Below, one piece after another: positions 34,217 to 46,818 of a stretch of DNA of 64,000 nucleotides. How positions within the stretch are numbered: position 1 is the stretch's first letter; the number at the start of each line of letters is the position of its first letter. Position numbers and translations under genes: made by a program. Where the stretch lies: contig OZ059896.1 in assembly GCA_964057225.1 (NCBI GenBank), forward strand, positions 17,236,001-17,300,000, in the 5' to 3' direction. The stretch is from Auanema rhodensis. Taxonomy: Eukaryota; Animalia; Nematoda. Below the pieces are notes generated by a model. It was not told where the DNA came from. It was given only the letters and a program-made list of their open reading frames with translations, and did not search any database.

Positions 34217-36119
34217 GTTATGTTTTATTGGAATTTATACAAAAGATGATTGCAATTTGTGTTTTCATTTATAAAAAAAAAAGATAAATAAAAAGGATTG
34301 AGATCCATTTGGAAAGGATAAATTCATCATTTTTTTAAAAAAAAAAGCAAACTATAGATAGATGAATATATATATATATATCAATATAGTATATAATATT
34401 CAATAAAATATTTAAAAAAATAATTATTATATTTATAGATAAATAGGTAATGAAAAGCAAAAAATAATCAGATTGAATTGTAACCATAGATAGATAGATA
34501 GAGAAAAGTAAGGAATAATCAGCTTAAAATGCTTAAATAGAAAAGTTAATATAAATATTTCTAAATATAGTATATAGCTATTATCATAATAAAAAATTTT
34601 AAAACTTATTATTTAAAGTAAAAAATATTATATTTTCTGAATTTTCATGCAATAATAGACTAATTATTTGCATAAAATTCATGTTTTTGCAATATTATTC
34701 TGCATAAATGTTTGAAAAAAAAAAGGTCAAAAGGTTTCAAAGGATCATTTAAATAATAAGTTTTTAATTATAATATACTTTAATTAATTCATAAATAAGT
34801 TTCAAAGTGGAAAAATTTAAGTTTACTTGTACAAAGAATTGTTGAAAACTTGAAAATCTTTTCATTTTCGGCACATTTCTTTGGCAGTGACAGCTTTTTT
34901 TTAGATTTTCTAATTCTATTTAGAAAAAAAATAAAAAAAACAAAAAGGTAAATTGAATAATAGAATAAGAGTTATATATACTATTCGGTAGCATCAGTGT
35001 GCAAACCAAAGTTTACAACATGAAGCTCAAAAGGTAATGCAAGGTAAGAAGAAAAGAAAGTTTGTAAACGTCATAATATTGATTTCGAGAATAGTTACAA
35101 GACCCAACAAGCATTTCTTCTAATCAGTAGCTTTAGCAGATAAAGGATCAACAATGAGGCCAAAAAAAAGAAGATGAATATGATTGAAGAAGGATCAACA
35201 AACGGAAAAAAACGCTGAGTTCGAGACGATGAAAGAAAATGACTTTGTGATGAAAAAATGTTATTAGTGAAAAAGATTTAACACTTTTCAATCTTATTTT
35301 ATTCGCTTTCATGAATCAGGAACTATAGAATTCCGGCTTTTTAAATGTTTTTGTCGTTTTGTACTAGGTGGACGAACGAGGTAGATACATGTTCATACAT
35401 ATGATGCGGAAGGCGAGAAGGAAAAAGGAGACGAACATCATCGTGTGTTGGAAGAATGGAAGGCTAGTTGATGGAATGTAACTGGTAAAGGGTCAAAGCC
35501 TTTAACATAAAAAGAAAAGACTTTTATTCGATGAAATGTTAAAAGGGTAGTTAAGATAGTGAATTGAAAAAAAATGAAAGAAAAAACTAAAATCAAAAGA
35601 AAGAACTCTGTCTAAGTTTAGAAATTGAATACGATATGTTTAGAAGTTAATAAGTATAAAGACAAGAAAAGTGATACGAAAGACAAAGAATTTGAATAGA
35701 ATCAGCCGAGTATCAGGTAATAGAGTAGCTAGTATTGCTTGCACGGCACTCAAGACTGCAGAAGTTCGTTCACTTGGGGGCTTTGATAGATTTCTATCTA
35801 ACTAGCAAGATAAAATCTCTATCTTATAGAGTAAATAATTCTTCAACTTTTCTCAAAATCATTGAGGGAAATTCTGGAAGTCACATAGTTCACGTACGTG
35901 AAGCCGGAAAAAAAAAGCCTGACAGACGGCTGAAAAGTGAGGACTAGAAGAGAAAGCAAATAGACTATATACTTCAGGGTGGTACGGACGACATCATCAC
36001 TCCGCTACAGTTTGTCTGTTTCTCCATCGTTTACTCACTTTTTCATTCTTTTCTTATCGTTCTCATTCACTCTGTATTCGCTTTCTTTACACATTTCAGT
36101 TTCTCGATTGCAATCTGAT

Positions 36120-37032
36120 TTGCCCTGAGGGCATGTTTGCATACTACCTGCCATCAAAGCGGCTCATGCCTCTACTTTGCTCAAGTAGAAACTACAGTAT
36201 TTCCTTTTTTTTCAGTCTTTTCTCGAGATTTTCGAAAAAAAAAGAGAGATCAACATTAATGTGAACTGCTGAATAGAAAGAAGAAATAAATGAAAATGTT
36301 CAAGAGTATACCATCCTCTTATACTGCTTATGAAAGAGCTTTGCAAAAGAAAAAGAAGTATAATCACTTCATGACCTTCACCAAATTCATGATCTTCTTT
36401 TAGTATCATATTACTTCAAAATCATCATTCTTTGATCGAAACATGATTAGTCGATTACTTTGTTGGATCAAAGAGTGATTACAATCTATTTGCCATATGA
36501 TATAGCTACGAAATGTTGGAATATAACAACAAAAAAAAGGTTTCAACAGGTTTAATATAGGAACATAGGTATTAGAATCGGAATGATTCACTTTATTTCT
36601 CATCTTTAGTCACTTCAGCAAACAATCATTCAAGACTTTCAACTCTATCATTACCTATTACCCCCTCCAGGCTTTATTGTGTGTCTAGATGTATGTGTAG
36701 AAAAAGATGATGAAGATGGTAAAATAAGAAAGAACTGAAACAAACCTAGACATCATCAGGTTGATGGAGAGAGAAAGACAGGTGAAGAGGATAGAAATAT
36801 ACGGAACTAGTTTAAGATCACAACAACACAATAGATGTAAGATGATTTTGGCATGTAAACTAGCATGATTTGTACATGTTCAGAGAGAGAATCAGGCAAA
36901 TATCGAGGTCTTTCTCTCTATCACTCTCTTCATTCATCGGTAACACTTCATATGGCATTTGATGAAGAGAGACTAGAAAAAGAAAAGTCTGTTTTCCATT
37001 GCGTTGTATCTTTTTGAATGCCCTCAGGGCAA
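36120..37032. promoter_or_regulatory. Pair of AP-2-type palindromic sites TGCCCTNAGGGCA
   Basis: ttgccctgagggcat at 36120-36134 and its exact reverse complement atgccctcagggcaa at 37018-37032. Confidence 0.5.
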
Positions 37033-40000
37033 CATCGCGTCCGAGTGTGAAGGTCAGGTCGAGATGAAGAAGAAGAGAGAGAGAGAGAAACAAAGAATGT
37101 TATATACTTAGAGAGTAAGAAAGAAAAAGAAACTACCGTTCCTCCTTCTTTGTTCTTTTCTCGAGAAAAAAATTACAAAAAGATGTTGAAGAGAATCATA
37201 GCGAGGTTAAACTTCACAGATATTCATAAAATGTTTGAAAAGCAAAAGTATGGACCAGATGCTAACTTGAAGAAGGGACTTCCACCAATAGCTCAATGCC
37301 AAGAAAACAGAGAATTAATAGTTAATTACATGAATATATGAAAGATTTTATTAGAAAAACAATTCAAAGTAGATATTAATATCAAGCATATTCAGTTAAA
37401 TATTAGAATATAACATCATGTTTACAAAGTTAAAACGTAATATTTCTATAAACTATATCATATATAATAAAAATGAAATATTTTGTTTTGTCATGATATA
37501 TTTGTATTATATTCTAGGATTAACAGATAATTCAAAGCAAAAAAAAATAGGAGGAGGGGGGGGAGGAGGAAAAGAACAAGAAAAAGAAAGACAAATAATA
37601 AATAAAATAACATTATTATTAGTATTATATACTATGAGAATCAATTTAGCTGATTAAAAGATAAATAGATTGATACTTATACGTATATGTAACTCATATT
37701 CATACTTGTAGGCCATATAAGCATTTCTACATTTTGAGAGAGAAACCTGTCTAGATGTCTGTTAGCAGCTATTTATGAAGGGCGATCAGATATCAAGACG
37801 TGAAAAAAAAATTTAGTTTTAAGCGAAAATTTTCATATTTTCAATATTTCAAATTTCAAAAATATGTTTTTGAAATTTACAAATGTACGATGGAAAGTAC
37901 GTAGAGTCATGAATACAGATGATAAGGTGCGGAAGACAACTTTCAGTGTGAACAGACAGATTGTTGCTGAAAAACTGAAGTGTGAGAGAGAGATGGATGG
38001 ATAGAAGAGAGGAGGACAAGAAGGAGGTCGATGTTCCATGTTGTAGTATGGACGATGCATGTCTAGCAGCTGATTTCATGGTCATGTATAAGGAAGTAAT
38101 GATCTCGTTGGGTAAGAGAGTGAGAGGGATGAAAGAGGTAACCGAGGCAGCACCGCTAGCTCGGGTCAAGTCTGTTTCGAAAAGTGCCAATGACGGTATT
38201 TGAACAGAAAATATTCAGAATCGTATGACCTTCCATGGCCATGAAAAGAAAACCATTTTGAACAATTTCATGCCATGAAATGTTCTTCGAACTGTTCCAA
38301 AAATTTGCTATAAACTATATAAACTATATAGAAAGAAAGAATGACTCAGAAATAATATTTTGTTTCAAAAAAAAAAAGATTTTTGGAAAAAAGAAGAAAA
38401 GAAAATGAAGTAACAGTGAAATATTAGAAGGTGTTGAGAAAGAATGAAATGGACAAAAAAATAAAGTAAAAGATGACAGAAAAATAAAATAGTTAAGAGA
38501 ATGATGATTAAAATAGAATTGAAAATTTCAAAAAAAGAAATGTATTATTATGGAAAATGCTGGGAGTGACTGCGTCTAATCGGAAAAACATAGTAAAAAA
38601 CTTCTTTTTAATTCTTTTTTTGAAGTAATATTATGAGAATTATATGAGAAAATATGAAATAATATACAGATGTTATCATATTGCTTTGTAATGAGATAAT
38701 GATGTGACAAGGTGAATACATTGCTACATGAACTGCCAACAAGCTCAATGAACGTTGCAATCACAAATGGCTTCACATGCTTTAGGAGGTTGAACTAACT
38801 AACTAACTAGATTCACTTGATTATCCAGTTAGCTTCATATTATGTGTACACGTCTGTAGGTCTGACTGTGTGTGTGTATGTATGTATGTATGTGCAAGTA
38901 TGTGCGTGAGCGCATGTGTGTACGTGAAAACGTGTAATGGAAGTTGAGCTAGAAGGTCGGAAGTTGAGGAAAAGATGAGAATACAGAAGAGTGAGGAGAA
39001 AGACGACAAAGTGAAAACGCTTTCAGTACGAGGAACAGTTTCATGTTAGCCTATAAGCGGAAGGCTATGAGGATGAAGATGGCGCCGGCGGCTGCCACGG
39101 CGTTAGTGTATGAACAGAATCAGATGATGAGCGATAGACAAGAAGTCGGTATGATTGAGAAAGAAGAAGAAATACCGACAAACGAGACAGGGAGAAGGCA
39201 GACTGTTTGAATGGCATTTCACTCGTTTTCTGTTAGAAGGAAAAAGACGACGAGATGAGGTATTTGCCAACTGGAGGCTGATGTTTTCAGAGACGATGCG
39301 TCAAGCAGAGAGCGACAGTGAGTCAAGAAAAGCCGGAACAGATAGAGTGCACAGATGATGAAGAGAGTACAAGAAAAGGAACGAGAAAAAAATGAAATGG
39401 AGGTTAATCGGTCTCTATTTGCATAGACAAATCCTAAGCAAGTGTACAAGGGGGAAAAGTAAAAGAAGAAGATGAAAAAGAAGTAAAAAAAAGTCAAAGA
39501 AAGGTTAAACATGCTAAGCTTTGGCAGCAATGTTGTTTGTGAACTATGAAGCAGAAAGTTGAAAAGAACATTAAACTAGAATCAGGACATTGTTACAGAT
39601 TGTCGGCTCAAGACTCTATACAAGAAACAAAAAATGCTGCAATTACATTATGCAATGTCAGAAGATAATAGACTTCTGTTAGATAAGAGAGTAACAAAGA
39701 GAATTAGCAGAATTTCTATTGACAACGTGAAACTATTATCGTTACAATCAAGTAAAATCGTCAGATAATCCATAATAGGAATAACTAGAAGTATTACAAT
39801 ACATACTAGTAGAGAAAGAACTTTTTTTTTTGTTTTATGCTCGTCTGATACAATGTAATGAAATTGATGTAAATTTTGATGGGCAATGAGACACATACAC
39901 ATACACAAGAGATAAGAGGATTACAAAAAAATGAAATTTTGATTTTATAATATAAGGCAATATATTGAAAGAAAGGCTGAAAGAGAGATAGAGAGAGAGA

Positions 40001-40544
40001 GAGAGAGAGAAATTCTCAATACTATATAAAGAAAAAAAGAGAATGTCTTAATACTAAGAAAGAGAAAACATAAATATCAAAAATTTTAAGAAAATTATTT
40101 TTAAGCAAAAATGAGGAAATAGAAGATGAAGATGAAGATACTATATGTTGTTTCATATCAAGTGTATAAACTAAAAAAGGAAAATGCAGCCTGTCTATAG
40201 AGATTTCTGATTAGAAATGTATTATTAACCCAGAAATTTCACGTATTTCACGTAAATATTTCAATCACTACATGAAATCAAGTAAGGTAAACATGCTCAG
40301 CGAAATTACATGTTAGTTATGGCAGATAAGAACGACATAAATCATACAATAGGCAATATCATCATAAAGTTTTATAAAGAACTTTTTTTTTATTTGTTTT
40401 GCTATTTGGTTTTAACTTTTTTTTTTCATTTTTATTCTTTTTTTTTTGCTTGAGCTTGTGCTGTTGTATTTGTGAGTGTGCCTATCTGTGAACAATCATA
40501 ACCGAAACTTTTCTTCCTATTGGTTTATTCTATTTCTCAAAACG

Positions 40545-40575
<31 letters not shown>

Positions 40576-42011
40576 AAAGGACATTGCCAAGCACATACGA
40601 AAGACGTGAATTCTCACGTGAGTTTCGGAGTCTAAATAAATATAAAATGAAGAAACAGATTGAGAAAGAGAGAGAGAGAGAGAAATAGAAGCCGGTGAGA
40701 ATGATGATGATGTTGATGATGATGATTTGTAGCCGTTATATTGAAAATTGAACAGAAAGAGAACGAAAGAACAATGAGGAAAAAATCAAGACATAGTAGA
40801 GCAAAATCAGCACAAAGTAATTGGCAGCAAATATTGAAGAAATCAAGTACAATAGGTGAAGTCGGAAAGCAGTTGAAGACTAAAGCACAAGTTTAATGTT
40901 GTAGAGTTGAAACTATTGATGCAGATATGCCTGATATAACCTATATATCTGGAGATGATGGTTGTTGTTTTTGGAACTGAGAGAAGCAGGAGAATTACGT
41001 AAAAGGCTGTTGAATATTTTCATTTATTTATAATTATAAAATATAAAATAAACAATATAATTTATATATTATTATATAATTTGGAAATTTAATGAACTTC
41101 TCATCGACTAATCTCTTTCTTGTATAGTTGATTGATATAGTATCTAAAATTGTAATAATTATGAAGGATTTCTTTCATTTCATAGAAAAACCAATGTATA
41201 AGATTGATATTTGACAATTCTCCAACTTTTTTTTTCATTTGGCGAAAAGGGAAAAAACTTTTTTTTTCAAGCTTTAAAATTTGGCGGAAAAAATGCTGAA
41301 GAACGAACAGACGCTTAACGTGAGCATCGATAGTATTTGCTTCTGCGAATCATTAAACAAATACACAACTTGCCGTTGACATAAGAATATATGATTTTTA
41401 ACGAAAAAAAACATGATTTTCCTATCTGATTAGATATTTTTTAAAGAAGAAAATAGAAAAAAAAGTATATAATTAGGTAAATTTAATGATAGAAAAATCA
41501 CAACAAACGTGAATTACAGTTCAGCTACACTGCATATTACGATGAATCTAGAATATAAATGATATTGGTTTATGATTCTAAAGCTTTATCATAATGCTCA
41601 TATGCTTGTAATCATGCTGATAATGATGATGATCTAACAGTTGTGTTGCGATGGGAACAATCTTTTGATCTTGAATGGATTTTCAAGAAGGCAAATTATA
41701 TTCTAATAATATCTTATAAATATATTATTTTTTTTTAAATAATAATAATATTATTATTATTATTAAAAATAATATATTCTTATTACTTATAGATTAGTTG
41801 GATATAAAATATAATTAATATTGTATAAGATTACGATGAAATATAAAAACAAATTAATAAAACTTGGAATTTCTTCAGAAGAAATTTATTTTTTTCATAT
41901 TATTATTATATATATACATATATAATATTATATATCATATGTATAATAAATATTTACTCATATAACTATTGAAATCTGTTCTTTTTTCTCGAAAACAAAC
42001 AATTCATTGAC

Positions 42012-43121
42012 TCAGAAAGGACAAGAAAGTTTCTGATTTTCATGTTGTTGTTGTTCCTGTGCTAGCTCCATACGGCATTGTAAACCAACTACTTGTAATG
42101 TTGTTACAATATATGTTGTTAGTTGTGACATTGATAGAAGAAATATCACTTTTTCTGATTCTTTTTCAAATTCAAGTTCACTCATCAGCTGAAATTTTGA
42201 AAAATCATATAAGAAACATGTCTTTCTGATAAAAATTTGAAAAATGAGGTTAAATATCTTAAATGTCTTGAGTTCACGCTGTATAGTTTACAAAGACATC
42301 TTTAAAAACCTGATTGAACTTCTTTTTCTTTTTCAAATTTTTTTAAAAATTAAATTGTAATGTATCTCTCACCAGTTCCAGGTTTTGTTGCCACATTTCC
42401 AGTAGATGAGGCTTAATCGTCATATGTTTACTGTAGCGAAAGTGGATAATAGCTAAAGAGTGCACAGCTTCCATGACTGCATCTCGATCTAGCTTCATCA
42501 CAAAAATCAATTTATCGTAAAAAGCTAATTGTTCATTACTGAAAGAAATTGATATAAGATGTTAACTATATGACATAGATATTACGATATATTCTCTATA
42601 TGTCGTGTTAAGCATGGAATTTCATTGTAACTATTGTCTTTTAAAGAAACTAAAGAGCAAAATCGTGAACTTGTCTTCATACAAGCCATAAATGAAGTTA
42701 GAAAGATGTCTGGAATTTGTTTCATCATTGTTCGACGGAAATGTATCTGAAAATATTCAACAAAAGTATTTACTTTGAATTAACTGCAATGATGAGCACA
42801 TACAAAGATGCTCTCTTTACGGTGTAGAGGCATTTCAAATTCTGGTAATTCCAGTAGTTTATCGTTGACTTTCATTCGATTGCTTGTGCCATAGATGGCG
42901 ATTAATCCAGCGCTGTAATGACAATTACAAATGAATTAGAGAAATGTAAGAGAAATCTAATATAAACTGAGAAATGAATGATGAAAAACTTGGAAAAACG
43001 TAGATTGTCTTTCTTTCTTTTCTTTTTTTTTGCTTTTAACCGAACAAAACAATAATTCTTACCGTTGAAACCGTCTCTTTTGAGCTGATTCATTAGAATT
43101 GATAGATACTGCTGATCCCAT
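42012..43121 (-). CDS. Globin-like protein with predicted N-myristoylation
   Basis: MGSAVSINSNESAQKRRFQRAGLIAIYG...FEMPLHRKESIFIHFRRTMMKQIPDIFLTSFMACMK...IPCLTRHIENI...LAFYDKLIFVMKLDRDAVMEAVHSLAIIHFRYSKHMTIKPHLLEMWQQNLEL...FLLSMSQLTTYIVTTLQ...KLSCPF*. Helix pattern and His spacing fit globin E7 and F8. One splice junction (about 42540-42580) is ambiguous. Confidence 0.7.
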
Positions 43122-43677
43122 TGTGATATGCTTCAAATTAGAAAGTGAAAAATAAGGAAAATGATAAGAAATAATGAATAGTCTTATCCACTGAAGAAAG
43201 AGAAATATAGCCGACTAATCGTATTAGAACTGTGGGAGGAGTATAAATGATAACAAAACTTAGAAAGTTGAGATAAAAGCTTTGAGAAGATTAAGACTCA
43301 GAATGAAAATTTGAAAAGGTACAAGCACCATATATCCATCTATCCGTCTATTCAATACTCTCTTCTATCTATATTTTTTCTTTTTTTCATATTTTCATAT
43401 AATAGCACATATATTCTGATAATTAGACTAAAAACCCAATTGTATTAGAAGATATTACTGATAATCTTTTAAATGTTTTTTTGCTTCATTTCCATGGATT
43501 ATACATATCATTAGACCTTTTACTTATTTTTCTTTATTCTATCAAATGAATCCTAACAAATCATTTTTGGTTTTTTATATTTTATCCTTATCTTGATCTA
43601 TTTCATAGCATTTCAATAAACTTTACAAGATTAATAATATAAATATTTATATTAATTATTTATTTATTTAACTATTC

Positions 43678-43739
<62 letters not shown>
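43678..43739. repeat. (AAT)n abutting (ATT)n, forming a perfect palindrome
   Basis: 17-bp arms 43706-43722 and 43723-43739 with no spacer. Confidence 0.9.
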
Positions 43740-43884
43740 AAATAATAAATATAATTATATAATTAACTGTTCCAATCTTCATTTATACAGAATAGCATGA
43801 TCTAGCAGAAAATTTGAATTAGTATTTGGTTGGCGTGCAATACGTGAACTAATGCGTCACACGTACAGAAAAAAAAGCAAAAAC

Positions 43885-45471
43885 TCATTTTTGTTTTTGA
43901 TTTGCTTGTGAACGGTTGCTATTCAATTCCTGAGCTGACTCAATAATTCTATTTAAAAAAGTTTTCTTCTGCTGTTGTCTTCCAGTAGCTGAACATAGAG
44001 ATTACGGAAACGAGTCAAACATCGAGCAATATCATCATTGAGCATAACTTGTAGTAGCGGATAAGTTAAATACCAATTTCTCACATCATAAAGCGGATGT
44101 AGGATATGCGAATCAGTTGTCATATTGGCATATTCTAAAATAATTAACTGTAAAGAAGTGTTTATCTTTTCAAAAGACTTGTTTGTGCTTAAATACCTTG
44201 GATTGTATCTTTATCGGGCCAAAAAGCTCTGTCGATGCGGAAGGGAGGCATGACAGATTTACCTACCCATTCTTCTCGGAATTCACTCAAATGTTGCAGA
44301 AATTACCAAAATCTATTCAAATACATGCAAATAAGTACCTTTTGTTTTCAAATATCGCTAATTTTTCCGAGATAATAATTTGATCTGCATACCAGCTTTC
44401 GCTGACATAAGGTTTTCCTCTTCCATTTGCTATAAGTTCTTCCGAAAATTCAACAAATAACCGTTCAGCTAGTACATCTCCACTAGAAAGCCATTTCTTT
44501 TCAACACCTAGAAACGGATTCCAGTGAAAAAGCCATTTATTTTCAAAAGAAATATTGAAATACCTAGTAAATCTCTCCATAACATGGCTGACATTGCTAT
44601 TGTAGCCATTGGACGCATGGGAAAACTTTAAAAAAGTCATGTTCAAACGATATAAAAGTTGTTCTCATAGAGAAAATAAGATTAATGTTTAACCTTTCAT
44701 TACGTCCAGGTTTTGATGTCATTCCGCAACATTCAGCATTATATAAAAAAATATTTTGTGGCCATTGTGGCACATGATTGTCAAGTGTGAATATCCATAA
44801 ATCAGAATCTGATGTAATTAAGATATCTGTATCTTCTATAGTCAACTTCGCAGCAGAAGCTACATATATACGACAAGTCTTTGAAATTAATTAACTCAAT
44901 AGCATATCAGTATACATCTGATGATCTACCTGAGCAATAGTATGGCTAGGTGCTTTTGATGTTGAAAGGAAAATGAATCTTGCCTGTATTACATGATTAT
45001 TTATTCAAATTGTCAGAATCCGCTTTATGACTTACCTGCAGAACTTTCAAAAGCATAATAATGAATTGAGATGCAGCATCTGAATATGAATCTTCAGAAT
45101 TTGCAAAGCAAATTATAGAAGAAACGCCTAATCGTTTCCAAAATAAAACTGTAATGGGTAGTGGAAAAAGATAAATTGAATTATGATCTGCACCCAATAC
45201 AGCTGATATATTCTTTAACAAATTTTTTTCTGATTTGTTATTGAAATCGTCGACTTACATGATGCACTATTGGATATTGTCTTGAAATGCTTCTAACTAA
45301 CTCTAAAATTTGGCTCTTAGCTTCACTTTGCTTCATAAAGTGCGAATAGGAACTAAATTGGATTTTCTGTTAGTAATTTTTGAATTCGATTCTTTACCGT
45401 CTATAATGAATTGCATAACACATGCAGAAAAATACTATAACTATTATCTTTTTTGGAGCTTTGTGATGCAT
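43885..45471 (-). CDS. Type II membrane protein, putative GT-A fold glycosyltransferase-like
   Basis: Short signal anchor MHHKAPKKIIVIVFFCMCYAIHYRR, then YLFPLPITVLFWKRLG, AQTCRIYVA, ILITSDSDLW (DxD), YNAECCG, FPMRPMATIAMSAMLWRDL, WYADQ, RIDRAFWP and DSHILHP. A continuous frame can be built to the stop at 43885. Confidence 0.7.
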
Positions 45472-46473
45472 TTTTGCACCAGAGTTTCATACAAAAACTT
45501 GAATTTACTCCTAAAATTGGAATCAAAATATATGATTCTATGTAGTTAGCTATTGCTAGTTCAGAAATCTTGAAAAGGAAATGTTTTGAAACGATGTTAT
45601 GTTCTGTAAATTTCATCCAAATCAATTGAAAGCATGGTTAAAGAAACATATAAAGCTGAATAAACTTTTAGCTCTTCAAATGCTATTCATTCATTGTATC
45701 AAAGTATTTTTTCAATTTTTCATATAAAATAGAAAAATAAATTATTATTTATATAATAATCTTTATATAATATTATATCTTTTGAATACTTTAATAATTC
45801 ATTAACGTTTGTCCGGATTTTGCTCTACTATGTATGTATTCATTTGTACTTCCACACACTTCATCATCAAATAGCAAAACTTCAAGGCTACAAGTGCTTT
45901 TAAAGCTATGCTAGTATAGGCAAAAGTTCAAAAAATAGTTAAAATCAGAAGAAAAGTACTTCAAATTTGCTCTTTTTTTTTCTCTTCAAGTATCCTCGTT
46001 GTCATAAATCATGAGAACAGGAAAAAGATTAGTATATGTATATGTATATCAACCACGATCATGTATTCGTATACAATCAAGTTTTTACAATTTTTTGAGT
46101 TATTAAATATAAAAAAAAGTTTTATTCAAACAAGAAAAAATACTTTTTTGAGCATAAGTAGTAAGCAAGCTAATTGAAATTATGAAATGAAAGCGATCAA
46201 TTACATCATCATCATCATCATTATCACAATCATGAGATTTGTTCAGGTTTTTTAATTGAAATTTCACTAATAAAACAAAAAAAAGCTGAGAGAACATGTC
46301 ATATGATTATGAAAAGGAAAAACGAAGTAAAGCATAGCAACACGTCATACAACTCAGAATTTCTTATTTTACATTCTATTTTTTCTTTTTCTTTATAACT
46401 TAGCAATAGTACATACATATGTAAAGGTATGAATGAAGTGAGAAATCAAAAGAGAGAAGGAGAGATAGAGATG

Positions 46474-46575
<102 letters not shown>

Positions 46576-46818
46576 CAGCACCATAAAAATACAAGTATGA
46601 AAGCGATAATTGAATATAGTCTCAAGGCAAATATTGGCATTTGAAGTAACTTTTGAGATCAATGATAGATCATTTAAAGATCAATAATTAATTAAATATA
46701 ACATGACAATTATATATTTCCTTTGTGAATGAATTGGCCCTAGTTTGTCAAAATAATATACTATGGATGTATGTATGAAAACCTTCACAGAATAGATTAA
46801 AAAAAACTGAAGTGTTCT

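Noticed and set aside
35472-35492. TGGAATGTAA, matching the 5' end of miR-1
   Set aside because: The match stops after 10 nt and no precursor hairpin is evident.
38170-38192. TTGGCACT (miR-790/791-like seed) on the minus strand
   Set aside because: Seed only; the rest does not match known mature sequences and does not sit in a 60-70 nt stem.
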